From Myxococcota bacterium (lineage in GTDB: Bacteria; Myxococcota_A; UBA9160; JAFDDA01), in the NCBI GenBank assembly GCA_965228475.1, contig OZ245817.1:3936001-4000000 (forward strand): a DNA stretch of 64,000 nucleotides, written 5' to 3'. This document shows positions 17,345 through 27,251 of this stretch, in pieces. Each line of letters opens with the position of its first letter. Position 1 is the stretch's first letter. The translations under genes were made by a program, and so were the position numbers. Below the pieces are notes generated by a model. The model worked only from the letters and a program-made list of their open reading frames with translations, did no database searches and was not told the DNA's origin.

Positions 17345-18255
17345 GGCGAGCCTTCCTCGTCCGCCGAGGCGCCGTTGCCGCGGATCAGCACCGCGGGGTT
17401 GCGCCGCAGCTGGCCGCTGAACTCGTCCATGTTGTGCGAGGCGGATTCGAGGCTCGCCGTGATCTCGTCGATCCGGCTCGCGATGGCCTCGAGGGTGTGC
17501 TCGAGATCCTGGATCATGCGTTCGACGCCGTCAGTGTTGTTCGTCACGAGCCCGTTCACGCTGCCGACCATGCCGTCGACCTGGGAGAGGCTCGACTCGA
17601 GGTGCGTCGTCAGCTCGCCGAGGTTCGCAGAGGCGGCCGAGAGGTTGCCGATCATCGTGTCGATCTCGCCGGTGTTCTCGGTCGAGAAGACCGCCGTCAC
17701 CTGGGCGGTCACGCGTGCGAGGTCCTCGGTCACGACCTCGAGGTTGGCGAGGATCTCGGGCGTCGCCGTGGCCACGGCCGAGAGGAGCGGCCGGATCTCG
17801 TTCTCGAGCAGGCCCTCGACCTCTCCGGTCAGCGTCGCGACGAAGCCGAAGAGCGATTGGAGATCCCGGCCGGCGAACTCCGAGCCGGGCTCGAGGAACG
17901 TCTCGCTCTGTCCCGCGCGGATGTCGACGGTGATCGAAGCCAGCAGGCTCGGCTCGGTGATCCACGCGACCGAGTCCTCGGGGATCCGGGTGCCGCGGTC
18001 CACGGCGAAGGTCACGCGATAGCGGCCCTTCTCGGGGTCTTCGCTCGGCGCGACCTCGACCACCTGGCCGACCCGGTAGCCCTCGAAGAGGAGCTGGGTC
18101 CCGGGCACGACGCCCATCACGTTGTCGTAGTGCGTGTAGTAGGGGTCCGTCGCGCCGGTGCGGCCCGTGAGGATGGCGAGCACCCCGACGAAGACCACGA
18201 TCATCGCCGCCACGAAGGCGCCGACGGCGACGTAGTTCACTCTCGGGCTTCTCAT
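17341..18255 (-). CDS. mlaD: MlaD/MCE domain protein with C-terminal helical region
   Basis: N-terminal TM helix, MCE motif (GVVPGTQLLFEGYRVGQV), long coiled coil ending LRRNPAVLIRG. Confidence 0.88.
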   Translation of the reverse strand: MRSPRVNYVAVGAFVAAMIVVFVGVLAILTGRTGATDPYYTHYDNVMGVVPGTQLLFEGYRVGQVVEVAPSEDPEKGRYRVTFAVDRGTRIPEDSVAWITEPSLLASITVDIRAGQSETFLEPGSEFAGRDLQSLFGFVATLTGEVEGLLENEIRPLLSAVATATPEILANLEVVTEDLARVTAQVTAVFSTENTGEIDTMIGNLSAASANLGELTTHLESSLSQVDGMVGSVNGLVTNNTDGVERMIQDLEHTLEAIASRIDEITASLESASHNMDEFSGQLRRNPAVLIRGNGASADEEGSP

Positions 18256-18271
18256 CGGTGCCAGGCCCGCT

Positions 18272-19096
18272 TCATCGTCTCGCCCCGCTGCCGGTCAGGC
18301 GGCTCAGGTACTCGTTCGGATCCACCTGCTGGGGTTCCGCCCGCCGGTGGATGAGGTTCTGGATGCGCTCGTTCGGACTGTTGCGAATCGCTTCCGGCGA
18401 GTCGACGACGAGGATCTTCCCCCGGTCCAATACGGTGATCCGGTCGGCGATCTTGAACGCGCTTTCAACCTCGTGGGTGACCACCACGATCGTCATGCCG
18501 AGCGCCTCGCGGAGCTTCAGGATCAGGTCGTCGAGCGCCGAGGCCACGACGGGATCGAGCCCGGAGCTCGGCTCGTCGCAGAAGAGGATCTTCGGGTCCA
18601 TGATGATGGCCCGGGCCATGGCGGCCCGCTTCACCATGCCGCCCGAGAGCTCCGAGGGCATCAGGTCCTCGAAGCCCGCGAGATCGACCAGCTCGAGCTT
18701 GAGCCGCATCATGATCTCCATCGTCTTCGGGTCGAGCTCGGCGAGCTCCTCGAGCGGGAGCATGATGTTCTCGCCGACGGTCATCGAGCTGAAGAGCGCG
18801 CCGGTCTGGAAAGCCACGCCCATCTTGCGGCGGAGCGCGGCGCTGCGCTCCGGGTCGAGCCGCGCGATGTCCTCCCCGAGCACGCGGATGCGACCCTCGG
18901 CGGGGATCTCGAGGCCCATCACGTGGCGCAGCAGCGTGCTCTTGCCCGAGCCGCTGCCGCCCATGATGACCATGATCTCCCCGGCCCGGATCTCGAGGCT
19001 CACGCCCTTCAGGATCTCGCGGTCTCCGTAGCGGACGAAGACGTCGGTGGCCTCGATGACCGCACTCGTCTCGATGACCGGACTCGCCTCGCTCAT
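18272..19096 (-). CDS. mlaF: MlaF-type ABC transporter ATP-binding protein
   Basis: GGSGSGKST, PSELSGGMVKR, FCDEPSSGLDP and VVTHE. Confidence 0.92.
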   Translation of the reverse strand: MSEASPVIETSAVIEATDVFVRYGDREILKGVSLEIRAGEIMVIMGGSGSGKSTLLRHVMGLEIPAEGRIRVLGEDIARLDPERSAALRRKMGVAFQTGALFSSMTVGENIMLPLEELAELDPKTMEIMMRLKLELVDLAGFEDLMPSELSGGMVKRAAMARAIIMDPKILFCDEPSSGLDPVVASALDDLILKLREALGMTIVVVTHEVESAFKIADRITVLDRGKILVVDSPEAIRNSPNERIQNLIHRRAEPQQVDPNEYLSRLTGSGARR

Positions 19097-19902
19097 CCGA
19101 GGGTCGTCACCCAGACGAAGAGCATGTCGGTCAGGATGATGGCGGAGATCGCGTGGACGACCGTGCGGGTGGTCCGCTGGCCGACGCCCTCGGCGCCGCC
19201 CGTGACCGAGGCGCCGTTCACCACCGCGATCAGCACGATCAGCACGGCGAAGATCACGGACTTCGTCAGGCCGTGCAGGAAGTCCTCGGTGCGCAGGATC
19301 TCGAAGGTCTGGCTCACGTACACGGCGAGGTCGATGCCGAGCTCGGCCTGGACGTAGAGGCCCGCCGCGAGCTGGGCGATGACCATGCTGAAGAGGGTGA
19401 GCGCCGGCACCATCACGAGGGCCGCGACGAGCGGCGGGACGACCAGGAAGCGAACGGGGTCGACGCCCATCACGCGCAGGGCGTCCACCTCCTGGTTGAT
19501 GGTCATGGTCGCGAGGCGCGCCGCGAGCGCGGAGCCCGAGCGGCCCGCCACGAGGATCCCGGTGATGAGCGGAGCGAACTCGCGCGTCACGCCGAAGGCG
19601 ACCCCGATCACGACCTGAGCTTCGGCGCCGAAGGTGCGCAGCGTGTCGATGCCCTGCAGGGCCAGCATCAGGCCGATGGTCGCCGAGAGCAGCGTGGTGA
19701 TCGGCAGCGCGGCAATGCCGATCTGCATCATCTCCTCGACCGTCGCCGAGAGCCGCACGGGCTGCCCACGGAAGCGGCCGAGGCTCAGGTAGAAGGCGCT
19801 GCGGCCGAGCAGCCAGCCCGCCATGCCGAGCTCTTCGACGCCCTCGGTCGTGCGCCGGCCCACGCGCTCGAGCCACGCCTGGGAGCCCGGGCTAGCCGCC
19901 AT
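19093..19902 (-). CDS. mlaE: MlaE-type ABC transporter permease
   Basis: REFAPLITGILVAGRSGSALAA, EVDALRVMGVDP and GAEGVG motifs. Confidence 0.92.
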   Translation of the reverse strand: MAASPGSQAWLERVGRRTTEGVEELGMAGWLLGRSAFYLSLGRFRGQPVRLSATVEEMMQIGIAALPITTLLSATIGLMLALQGIDTLRTFGAEAQVVIGVAFGVTREFAPLITGILVAGRSGSALAARLATMTINQEVDALRVMGVDPVRFLVVPPLVAALVMVPALTLFSMVIAQLAAGLYVQAELGIDLAVYVSQTFEILRTEDFLHGLTKSVIFAVLIVLIAVVNGASVTGGAEGVGQRTTRTVVHAISAIILTDMLFVWVTTLG

Positions 19903-20242
19903 CGGCGAGCGCTTCGTCGAGGGTTTCGTGGATGGTGAAGACCTGATCGAGGCGGGCGAGCTCGAAGACGCGGAGCGCCCCGGGGCTCACGGCGGCCAGG
20001 GCGAAGCCGGTGCCGCCCTTGCGCGCCTGCTGGAAGGCTTCGACGAGGCTCGCGATGCCCGAGCTGTCGATGTAGGACACCTCGGAGAGATCGACGACGA
20101 CGTCGCGGCGGGCCTCGACGTGGCGCAGCAGCACCTCGCGAGCGGTCGGCGAGTGCTCGAGATCGAACTCCCCGCGGAAGGACACCACACAGGTCGGACC
20201 GACCTCCCGGCTCTCGTGAGCGAACGCGGCGGCCTCGGTCAT
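19892..20242 (-). CDS. STAS-domain anti-sigma-factor antagonist (RsbV/SpoIIAA-like)
   Basis: GEFD...VDLSEVSYIDSSGIASL with the conserved phosphoacceptor Ser; about 116 aa. Confidence 0.9.
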   Translation of the reverse strand: MTEAAAFAHESREVGPTCVVSFRGEFDLEHSPTAREVLLRHVEARRDVVVDLSEVSYIDSSGIASLVEAFQQARKGGTGFALAAVSPGALRVFELARLDQVFTIHETLDEALADGG

Positions 20243-21915
20243 CCCTGGATCCTCTTCTTCATGCGCAGCAGATTGCCCTCGCCGGTCTCCGGCACGCCGT
20301 ATTCCCGCTCGTCCATGAGTTCCTGGATGAAGTGGGTCCCGAGCCCGCCGGGCCGGACGTCCTCGAGCCGCCGCGGGCGGATGCGGCTCGGGTCGACGCG
20401 TTCCGCGAAGTCGCGAAGGTAGACGACGAGGTCGCCGCCGTCGCGGAGGATCGTGAGTTCGATCTCGCCGTCGGCGCCCCGGTAGGCGTGGCGGATCACG
20501 TTCTGGCAGGCCTCGTCGACGGCGAGCACGACGTCCTGGCTGCAGTCGCCGCCGGCTCCGACGGCCCGGCACGCGGCGAGCACGCGGCGGCGCACCTCGC
20601 CCAGGGCCTCGGCCCGGGCGGCGAAGCGGTGGGTCAGGAGCGACTCCTGCGCGGGCGGCTCGGCGGAGACGATCAGCCAGGTGACGTCGTCGCCCGCCCT
20701 GCCCTCGTGGGTCGTTCGCTGCACCAGCTCCGTCAGGCGTTCGCGGATGGGCAGGCTCGCGCACTCGTGGATGGCGCGCTCGATGCCGGCCAGGCCGAGT
20801 TCTTCGCCGGCTTCGTCGCGGACGTCCGTGGCGCCGTCCGTGAAGAGGTAGAGGGCGCCGGACGGGAACGAGAGCGTCACCTCCGGGAAGCCGGCCGGGA
20901 CGGGCCCGATGCCGAGGGGCGGGCCCCCGCTTTCGATGGCTTCGAGCGGCTTGCCCTCGGCCCCGTGGAAGGCCGGCGGGTGGCCGGCCAGGGCCAGGCG
21001 CACGCGGTCGAAGGCGGCGCCTTCCCCGCGCTCGAGACAGCCCACCGCCAGCGTCACGAACATCCCGCGCGTCGCGGTTTCGACGAGCTCCGAGTTCAAG
21101 CGCGCGAGGATCGCCCCCGGCGAGGGCTCCTCCCGCGCGATGCAGCGGAAGAGGCTCGCGGTCTTCGCCATCAGGAGCGCCGCGTTCGTGCCCTTGCCCG
21201 AGACGTCGCCGACGCAGAAGGGGATCCGAGGCCGCTCGCCCCCGCGCAGGTCGAGCCAGTCGTAGAAGTCGCCGGAGACGCCGCGGGCCGGAACGTTGGC
21301 GCCGACGATCGGGAACGGCGCCGGCCTCGGGTCGGGCAGCATGCTGCGCTGGATCTCGGCGGCGAGCTCCACTTCGCGGGCGAGCCGTTCGCGTTCGACC
21401 AGCGCCCGCGCCATGCGCGCGTTGTGCAGGGCGAGCGCCGCCGACGCCGCCAGAGCCGCGAGGAGCTGGCCGTCCTCCTCGGAGAAGAGACCGTCGCCGG
21501 ATTGCTTGTTCACCAGCTCGATGGCCCCGAGGCGCTGGTCGTGGACGCGCAGGGGCGCACACAGGATGGAGCGCGTGGTGAAGCCGGTCTCGGCGTCGAC
21601 GGCGGGCTCCCAGTTCGGGTCTTCGCGGACGTCGCGAACGAGTTCGAGGGAGTCGTCGCGGCAGCAGCGGCCGACGATGCCCTGATCGGCGGCGAGCCGG
21701 AGGCCCGTGATGCGGACCGGGCCGGTGCAGGCGCGGCAGACCAGCACCCGGCCTTCTTCTTCGAACAGGAAGAGCGCGCCGCCCTCCGCCCCGACCTGCT
21801 CGGCGATGCGCTCGACGGCGGCGACGAGCGTCGCCTCGAGCTCACCGGTCGAGGCGAACGAGCTCGAGAGTTCGGCAACGAGGCCGAGCGGGTCGAGGCC
21901 GTCCGGGCGAATCAC
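20239..21915 (-). CDS. GAF - PP2C/SpoIIE phosphatase - HATPase_c (RsbW-like kinase) fusion protein
   Basis: GAF (TRSILCAPL); PP2C (SGDFYD, GDVSGKG, FTDG, DDVT); RsbW-like (AVDEACQNVIRHAY, GGLGTHFI); GTGA overlap at the start. Confidence 0.88.
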   Translation of the reverse strand: MIRPDGLDPLGLVAELSSSFASTGELEATLVAAVERIAEQVGAEGGALFLFEEEGRVLVCRACTGPVRITGLRLAADQGIVGRCCRDDSLELVRDVREDPNWEPAVDAETGFTTRSILCAPLRVHDQRLGAIELVNKQSGDGLFSEEDGQLLAALAASAALALHNARMARALVERERLAREVELAAEIQRSMLPDPRPAPFPIVGANVPARGVSGDFYDWLDLRGGERPRIPFCVGDVSGKGTNAALLMAKTASLFRCIAREEPSPGAILARLNSELVETATRGMFVTLAVGCLERGEGAAFDRVRLALAGHPPAFHGAEGKPLEAIESGGPPLGIGPVPAGFPEVTLSFPSGALYLFTDGATDVRDEAGEELGLAGIERAIHECASLPIRERLTELVQRTTHEGRAGDDVTWLIVSAEPPAQESLLTHRFAARAEALGEVRRRVLAACRAVGAGGDCSQDVVLAVDEACQNVIRHAYRGADGEIELTILRDGGDLVVYLRDFAERVDPSRIRPRRLEDVRPGGLGTHFIQELMDEREYGVPETGEGNLLRMKKRIQG

Positions 21916-23804
21916 GACTCGTCTCCACCCAGGCCGTCTCCACCCAGACCATCCCCACCCAGATGGAGGGCGGCCAGGCTGATGTCGTCGTGGGGTTCGA
22001 TGGCGCCGGCGAAGGCGGCGAGGCGGCGGCGCAGACCGGCGAGCAGATCCGCTGCGCCCTCGCAGGCCAACGCGTCGACGGCGGCGGCGAGCCGCTCGCG
22101 TCCGAACTCCTCGCCCGCGGCGTTGCGCATCTCGGCGGCCCCGTCGGTGGCGAGCACCAGCCAGTCGCCGTCCTCGAGCGAGACTTCCCGGGCCGGGAAC
22201 TCGGCCTCGGGGAGGATCGCCAGCGGCGGTCCGGTCGCGTCGAGCGTGCGCACGGTGCCGTCGGCGCGGCGCAGGAGCGGCGGCTCGTGACCCGCCGAGG
22301 CGTAGACGATCCGCTCCTTGCGCGGCGCGACCACGCCGACGAAGAGCGTCACGAAGCGGCCGCGCTGGACGTCCGCCGCGAGCAGCGCGTTCAACCGCGC
22401 CATCACCGCCGGCAGATCCGTCGACTGCGCGAGCAGGCCGCGCAGGAAGGCGCGGGCCGTCGCCATCACGAGGGCGGCGCCCACGCCGTGGCCCGAGACG
22501 TCGCCGATCACGACGAGCCACTCGCCGGTGGGTTCGCCGTCGGCGCCGAGGCGCGGCCAGAAATCGACGTAGTCGCCGCCGGCGCCCGAGCAGGCCATGG
22601 AGCGCGCCGCGAGCTGGAGGCCGCCCTCGACGTCCTCGGCCCGGACGTCCTCGGGGACGAAGGATTGCTGGATGTCGCGCGCCACGGCGAGCGCCTGGTG
22701 CGCCTCCGCCGCTGCGACGGACTCCTCGCGCAGCTCGGCGTTCCAGATCGCGACGGCCGCCTGATTCGCCACGATCTGCGCGACGAAGAGATCTTCGGGC
22801 CCGAGCTCCTTGCCGTCGGCGCGGTCGTTCAGGTTGAGCACGCCGAGCACCTCCCCCCGCAGCACGAGGGGAACGCACACGGCGCTCTTGTTCCGGTAGT
22901 CGTGGCCGTGGGCGCCGACGCCGGGGACGTCCCCGCGCAGCGTCTCGATGTCTTCGACGAGCAGCGGCTCGGCCGTCTCGGCGCAGTAGCCCGCCACCCC
23001 CTCGCCGAAGGGGATGCGCGTCGTCGCGACGACCTCGCTCGGGATGCCGACGGCGGCCTGCATGCGAAGCACCCGCTCCCCCGGCTCGCGCAGGAGCAGC
23101 GAGCCGCGCCGCGCGCCGAGCAGCGCCGTCGTGTGCTGCACGATCCCTTCGAGGATCTCGTCGAGGCTGCCCGCGCCGGTGAGCGAGTCGGTGACGAGCT
23201 GGATCACCGAGAGCGCGCCGTTGCGCGCTTCGAGCGAGAGCACGTGCTCCTGGAGCGAGGACAGCGTCTCCTGGAGACGCTGGTGTTCCGTCTGGGTGGC
23301 GGTCGCGTCCTCGGCGAGGAGCGCGAGGGCCGCCTGGTTCGCGAGCAGCACCGCCGCCTGCAGATTGCCCTCGTGGAACTCCGCGGGCCCACCGGTTGGG
23401 CCGCGCTTGTTCGAGAGGTTCACGACGCCGAGCACGTCGTCGCGCGCGCGCAGGGGAACGCAGAGCGCCGAAGATCCGGCGTAGACGCTCGCCGAGAGCG
23501 CGGCCCCGCGCGAAGCCGCCGCGTGGGAGAGGAGCCGGGGCGTGCCGCTTGCGGCCACCTCGCCCGCGATCCCGTGCCCCACCAGCACGACCGTGCGCTC
23601 GACCACCCAGGGCGGGAGCCCCCGCGCCGCGCGGATGCGTAGCCGCCCGCGCCCGGCCCGCAGGAGGATCGAGCAGCGCTCGGCACCGGTCGCCGCGCAC
23701 ATTCCCTCGACCACCCCATCGAGGGTCGTCTGTAGATCGCCGCCGTCGATGATCGCCCCGCTGATGCGGGAGAGGTCGTCGACGAGGCGCTTCTCCTCGG
23801 CCAA
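21912..23804 (-). CDS. GAF-GAF-PP2C/SpoIIE (RsbU-like) phosphatase
   Basis: Two GAF repeats (GIAGEVA...ALCVPL and GVAGYCA...AVCVPL); PP2C motifs GGDYVD, GDVSGHG, ATDG, HDDIS; TTG start with GAGGAG RBS is approximate. Confidence 0.88.
   Translation of the reverse strand: MAEEKRLVDDLSRISGAIIDGGDLQTTLDGVVEGMCAATGAERCSILLRAGRGRLRIRAARGLPPWVVERTVVLVGHGIAGEVAASGTPRLLSHAAASRGAALSASVYAGSSALCVPLRARDDVLGVVNLSNKRGPTGGPAEFHEGNLQAAVLLANQAALALLAEDATATQTEHQRLQETLSSLQEHVLSLEARNGALSVIQLVTDSLTGAGSLDEILEGIVQHTTALLGARRGSLLLREPGERVLRMQAAVGIPSEVVATTRIPFGEGVAGYCAETAEPLLVEDIETLRGDVPGVGAHGHDYRNKSAVCVPLVLRGEVLGVLNLNDRADGKELGPEDLFVAQIVANQAAVAIWNAELREESVAAAEAHQALAVARDIQQSFVPEDVRAEDVEGGLQLAARSMACSGAGGDYVDFWPRLGADGEPTGEWLVVIGDVSGHGVGAALVMATARAFLRGLLAQSTDLPAVMARLNALLAADVQRGRFVTLFVGVVAPRKERIVYASAGHEPPLLRRADGTVRTLDATGPPLAILPEAEFPAREVSLEDGDWLVLATDGAAEMRNAAGEEFGRERLAAAVDALACEGAADLLAGLRRRLAAFAGAIEPHDDISLAALHLGGDGLGGDGLGGDES
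21921..21965. repeat. 15-bp tandem repeat x3 encoding (LGGDG)n at the C-terminus of the RsbU-like protein
   Basis: gtctccacccaggcc / gtctccacccagacc / atccccacccagatg. Confidence 0.75.
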
Positions 23805-24015
23805 GGCGGAGGACTCCTCGAGTTGTTGGCATTCTAGGGCCCCTTCCCGTATCGGAACGGCCCCTCGTGCCCAAGAGCCCAAAGCCCGCGATCCGTAGCC
23901 GACAAAACGGCGCAAATCAGGGGACTTCGGCTACGCGGCCGCGCTCGGCTGTGGGTGATGCCCCTCCCTCCAGCGGAGGGAACGGGGAACGAGGCGGGGT
24001 CGGCGTTCGGCGGCC

Positions 24016-25059
24016 CTACACGCTCGCGTAGACGACGGTCTCTTCGCGGTGGATCGTGTGGTGATCGAGCCAGAAGCCGTACTCGGGGTTGATCGCCCGA
24101 ACGAGGCGCGGCAGCGCGTAGAGATCGTCGTGGAGGTGGTAGGCGGAAATGGCGAGGCGCGGCGCGTGCTCGCGCAGGATCCGCGCGGCGCCGGCGATCG
24201 CATCGCGTTCAGCGCCTTCGACGTCCATCTTGATGAAGTCCACCTTCTCGATGCCGCGCTCCGCGACGAAGTCGTCGAGGGCGACGGAGGTGGCCTCGAG
24301 CGAGCCCTTGCCCGAGACGCGCGTGCTCACGCTCGCGTCTTCGTAGCGGAGCGCCTCGCCGCTCTTCGACCAGACGCCGAGGGGCACCTCGACGATCCGG
24401 TCCGCGAGCTCGGGGTTGAGGCCGCGGTTCAGCGCCGAGAGCCGCTGGTTCTCCTCGACGAACTCGAAGACGAACACGCGCCCGGACGGCCCGACCCGGT
24501 TCGCGAAGAGCACGGCCGTGTCGCCGAGCCCGCCGCCGCAGTCGAGCACGGTGTCGCCGGGCTCCGGCTGCACGCGCACGCCGTCGCGTTCGAAGAAGTA
24601 CTGGCGGCCGAAGATCACGTTGGCGAGGAACCCCCGGCGGCAGGCCACCCGGATCCCCTCCTCGACGAGCTCGTAGACGTGGATGGGCTTGGCGCCGCTC
24701 GGGCCGACCTCCCGGGCCACGATCGGCGCCGCCGACCCGGGCTCGCCGATGCGCTCCATGAATCGGGCGAAGCCCGCGCCCCGGTTGCGCGCGTGGCGAA
24801 CCCGGAGATGGCCCAGGCTGTTGAACTGCAGGACGTCGTCGTAGATCTCGCGCGAGCGGTCGTCGACGAACAGGTTGCGGCCCGTCTCGAACTCTTCGAC
24901 GTGATCGAGGATGAAGCGGGTCCACCGCTGGCACGCCGCCAGGTCGACCTGCCCGGGCGACCGGTTCGGGTAGCGGTACTCGGCGAAGTTGTCGCTGTAG
25001 GCGTTGGTCGTGTTCTGGATCAGCCGATCGAGATAGCGGTCCCGGAAGGTCGTCGTCAC
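24016..25059 (-). CDS. FkbM family methyltransferase
   Basis: VLDCGGGLGDT, VFVFE, DFIKMDVEGAE and LAISAYH; GTG start at 25059. Confidence 0.9.
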   Translation of the reverse strand: MTTTFRDRYLDRLIQNTTNAYSDNFAEYRYPNRSPGQVDLAACQRWTRFILDHVEEFETGRNLFVDDRSREIYDDVLQFNSLGHLRVRHARNRGAGFARFMERIGEPGSAAPIVAREVGPSGAKPIHVYELVEEGIRVACRRGFLANVIFGRQYFFERDGVRVQPEPGDTVLDCGGGLGDTAVLFANRVGPSGRVFVFEFVEENQRLSALNRGLNPELADRIVEVPLGVWSKSGEALRYEDASVSTRVSGKGSLEATSVALDDFVAERGIEKVDFIKMDVEGAERDAIAGAARILREHAPRLAISAYHLHDDLYALPRLVRAINPEYGFWLDHHTIHREETVVYASV

Positions 25060-25272
25060 GGTGGCCCCCTGCGGCCCCGATCGGGGCTCAGCGACACGCA
25101 ACGGATCGGCAACCGGGGCCCGCCGGTTGACCCAAAACCGGCCAGCACGCCTCGGGCGACCGCGGCCCGGGCTCGCTCCCGGCTTTCCCGGCGAGGTGCT
25201 ATCCCGACTCCTGGCGCGGTGGCCCTGGGACGAAACGAAGTGAAGGCCTTTCACCACATTCGAATGCCATCC

Positions 25273-25308
25273 TCCGGAAGCGAAACCCCGTCCGGAAGCG
25301 GAACCCCG
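25273..25308. repeat. 18-bp near-perfect tandem duplication immediately upstream of the cyclase start
   Basis: tccggaagcgaaaccccg followed by tccggaagcggaaccccg. Confidence 0.75.
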
Positions 25309-25309
25309 C

Positions 25310-27199
25310 GTGGCGCTGCGCTTCCGTAGCTTCCGCGCGCGGCTGCTCGTGTTCGTCCTGGGCCTGCTCATCCTGGTCCAGGGCGCCGTGCTGCTCGCGG
25401 TGGGGCGGGTGAACGTCGAGGAGGCCCGGCGCCACGTCGACGAGGCCCTGGGCGTCACGGCCGAGACGTTCCGCCGGGAGCTCGCCTCGCGCAACGAGAG
25501 CCTGCTCGAGAAGGCCCAGCTCCTTTCGGCCGACTTCGCCTTCAAGCAGGCCGTGGCCACCGGCGAGGCCGAGACGATCCGCTCGGCCCTCGAGAACCAC
25601 CGCGACCGCGTGATGGCCGACGTGATGATGCTCGTCTCGATGGACGGCCTCTACGCGATCGACACCCTGCACCCCGACCACGCGGTCGGCGAATGTCCCC
25701 TCGAAAAGCCCGTCACCCTCGCCGAGGACAGCGAGTTCGGCGAAGCGGACGCCATCGAGTTCGTCGACGGGAAGCCCTACCAGCTCGTGGTCGTCCCGCT
25801 CTTCACGCCGGAGCCGACGGCGTGGATCCTGATCGGCTTCGCGATCGACGACCGCTTCGCCGCGGCGCTGCGCGAGGTCACCGGGACGCACGTCTCGCTC
25901 CTGCACTGGGAGGCGGAGGGCCTGCCGTTCGCGAGCACGCTCCCCGCGCCCTGGCGCAAGGACGTGCGCGCGGACCGCGTCAACACGCTCGAGCCGGACA
26001 CGAGCCACATCCTCACGATCGGCCGGCAGGAGCACGTCACCTGGGTCGTGCCGGTCGAGAACAGCGGGGGCACGCGCGTGGCTGCGGTCCTGCAGCGCTC
26101 GCTCGCCAAGGCGCTCGAGCCCTACCTGCGGCTGCGCTTCTTCCTGTTCCTGCTGTTCGGTGCGGGGCTCGTGCTCTCGCTCGTCGGCGGGAGCCTGCTC
26201 GCGGCCGGCGTCACGCGGCCGGTCGCGCAGCTCGCCGAGGCCGCCCGGCGCGTCTCCCGCGGCGAGTACGAGGAGAGCGTCGAGCTCGCGAGCCGCGACG
26301 AACTCGGCCTCCTCGCCGACTCCTTCAACGGCATGATGAAGGGCCTCTCGGAGCGCGACCGTGTGCGTGACCTGCTCGGCAAGGTCGTCTCGCCCGAGGT
26401 CGCCGAGGAGCTCCTCTCGCGCGGCATCGAACTCGGCGGCGAGGAGCGCCGCGTCTCGGTGCTCTTCACCGACGTGCGCGACTTCACCTCGATCTCAGAG
26501 CAGAAGTCCGCCCACGAGCTCGTCGACTTCCTGAACCGCTACCTGACCCAGGCGAGCGACGTCGTCGAGCGCAACGGCGGCGTCGTCGACAAGTACATCG
26601 GCGATGCCGTGATGGCGGTCTTCGGCGCGCCGATCGCGGGCGAAGACGATGCGACGCGCGCCGTCCGCAGCGCGCTCGAGATGTCGGCCGCCCTCGCGCG
26701 CAGCGAGGATGGGCTCTCGATCGGCGTCGGCGTGAACACGGACGTCGTCGTCGCCGGCAACATGGGCTCGCAGACGCGGCTCAACTACACGGTGATCGGC
26801 GACGGCGTGAACCTCGCCGCGCGCCTCGAAGGATTGACGAAGCGCTACGGCGTCGGCGTGATCGTCTCCGAGAGCACGCGCGACGCCTGCCCGAGCCTCG
26901 CCTTCCGCGAGCTCGACCGCGTCCGGGTGAAGGGCAAGGAGCGGCCGGTGCGGATCTTCGAGCCCATCGGGCCGGACGAGACCCTGCCCGACGACGTCCG
27001 AGAACGCCTCGAACGGCACGCCGAAGGGCTGGCGCACTTCCAGGCCGGGCGTTTCGACGAGGCCGCGGCCGTCTTCCGCGAGCTCGACCGGCCCGAGGAC
27101 GCCACGCTCTACGCGCTCTACCGCAGCCGCATCGAGCGCTTCGCGAACGAGCCGCCGCCCGCGGACTGGGACGGAATCATCGTCTTCGACGAGAAATGA
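25310..27199 (+). CDS. Membrane class III adenylate cyclase (extracytoplasmic sensor - HAMP - cyclase)
   Basis: Two TM helices; HAMP (RDELGLLADSFN); VLFTDVRDFT, DKYIGDAVMA and YTVIGDGVNLAARLE (Lys/Thr indicate ATP specificity). Confidence 0.92.
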   Translation: MALRFRSFRARLLVFVLGLLILVQGAVLLAVGRVNVEEARRHVDEALGVTAETFRRELASRNESLLEKAQLLSADFAFKQAVATGEAETIRSALENHRDRVMADVMMLVSMDGLYAIDTLHPDHAVGECPLEKPVTLAEDSEFGEADAIEFVDGKPYQLVVVPLFTPEPTAWILIGFAIDDRFAAALREVTGTHVSLLHWEAEGLPFASTLPAPWRKDVRADRVNTLEPDTSHILTIGRQEHVTWVVPVENSGGTRVAAVLQRSLAKALEPYLRLRFFLFLLFGAGLVLSLVGGSLLAAGVTRPVAQLAEAARRVSRGEYEESVELASRDELGLLADSFNGMMKGLSERDRVRDLLGKVVSPEVAEELLSRGIELGGEERRVSVLFTDVRDFTSISEQKSAHELVDFLNRYLTQASDVVERNGGVVDKYIGDAVMAVFGAPIAGEDDATRAVRSALEMSAALARSEDGLSIGVGVNTDVVVAGNMGSQTRLNYTVIGDGVNLAARLEGLTKRYGVGVIVSESTRDACPSLAFRELDRVRVKGKERPVRIFEPIGPDETLPDDVRERLERHAEGLAHFQAGRFDEAAAVFRELDRPEDATLYALYRSRIERFANEPPPADWDGIIVFDEK

Positions 27200-27251
27200 T
27201 CCGCGAGCGCGCGCCGTGCTAGGGTGCGCGCCGGGTTCCGAGGGAGCAGCC

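Noticed and set aside
23894..23935. 9-bp inverted repeat CGTAGCCGA...TCGGCTACG upstream of the partner-switch operon
   Set aside because: It has a 24-nt spacer, no U-tract and a single occurrence, so it is plausible by chance.
25240..25254. CRP site upstream of the adenylate cyclase
   Set aside because: GTGA and TCAC are 7 nt apart rather than 6, and the outer T/A positions do not match.
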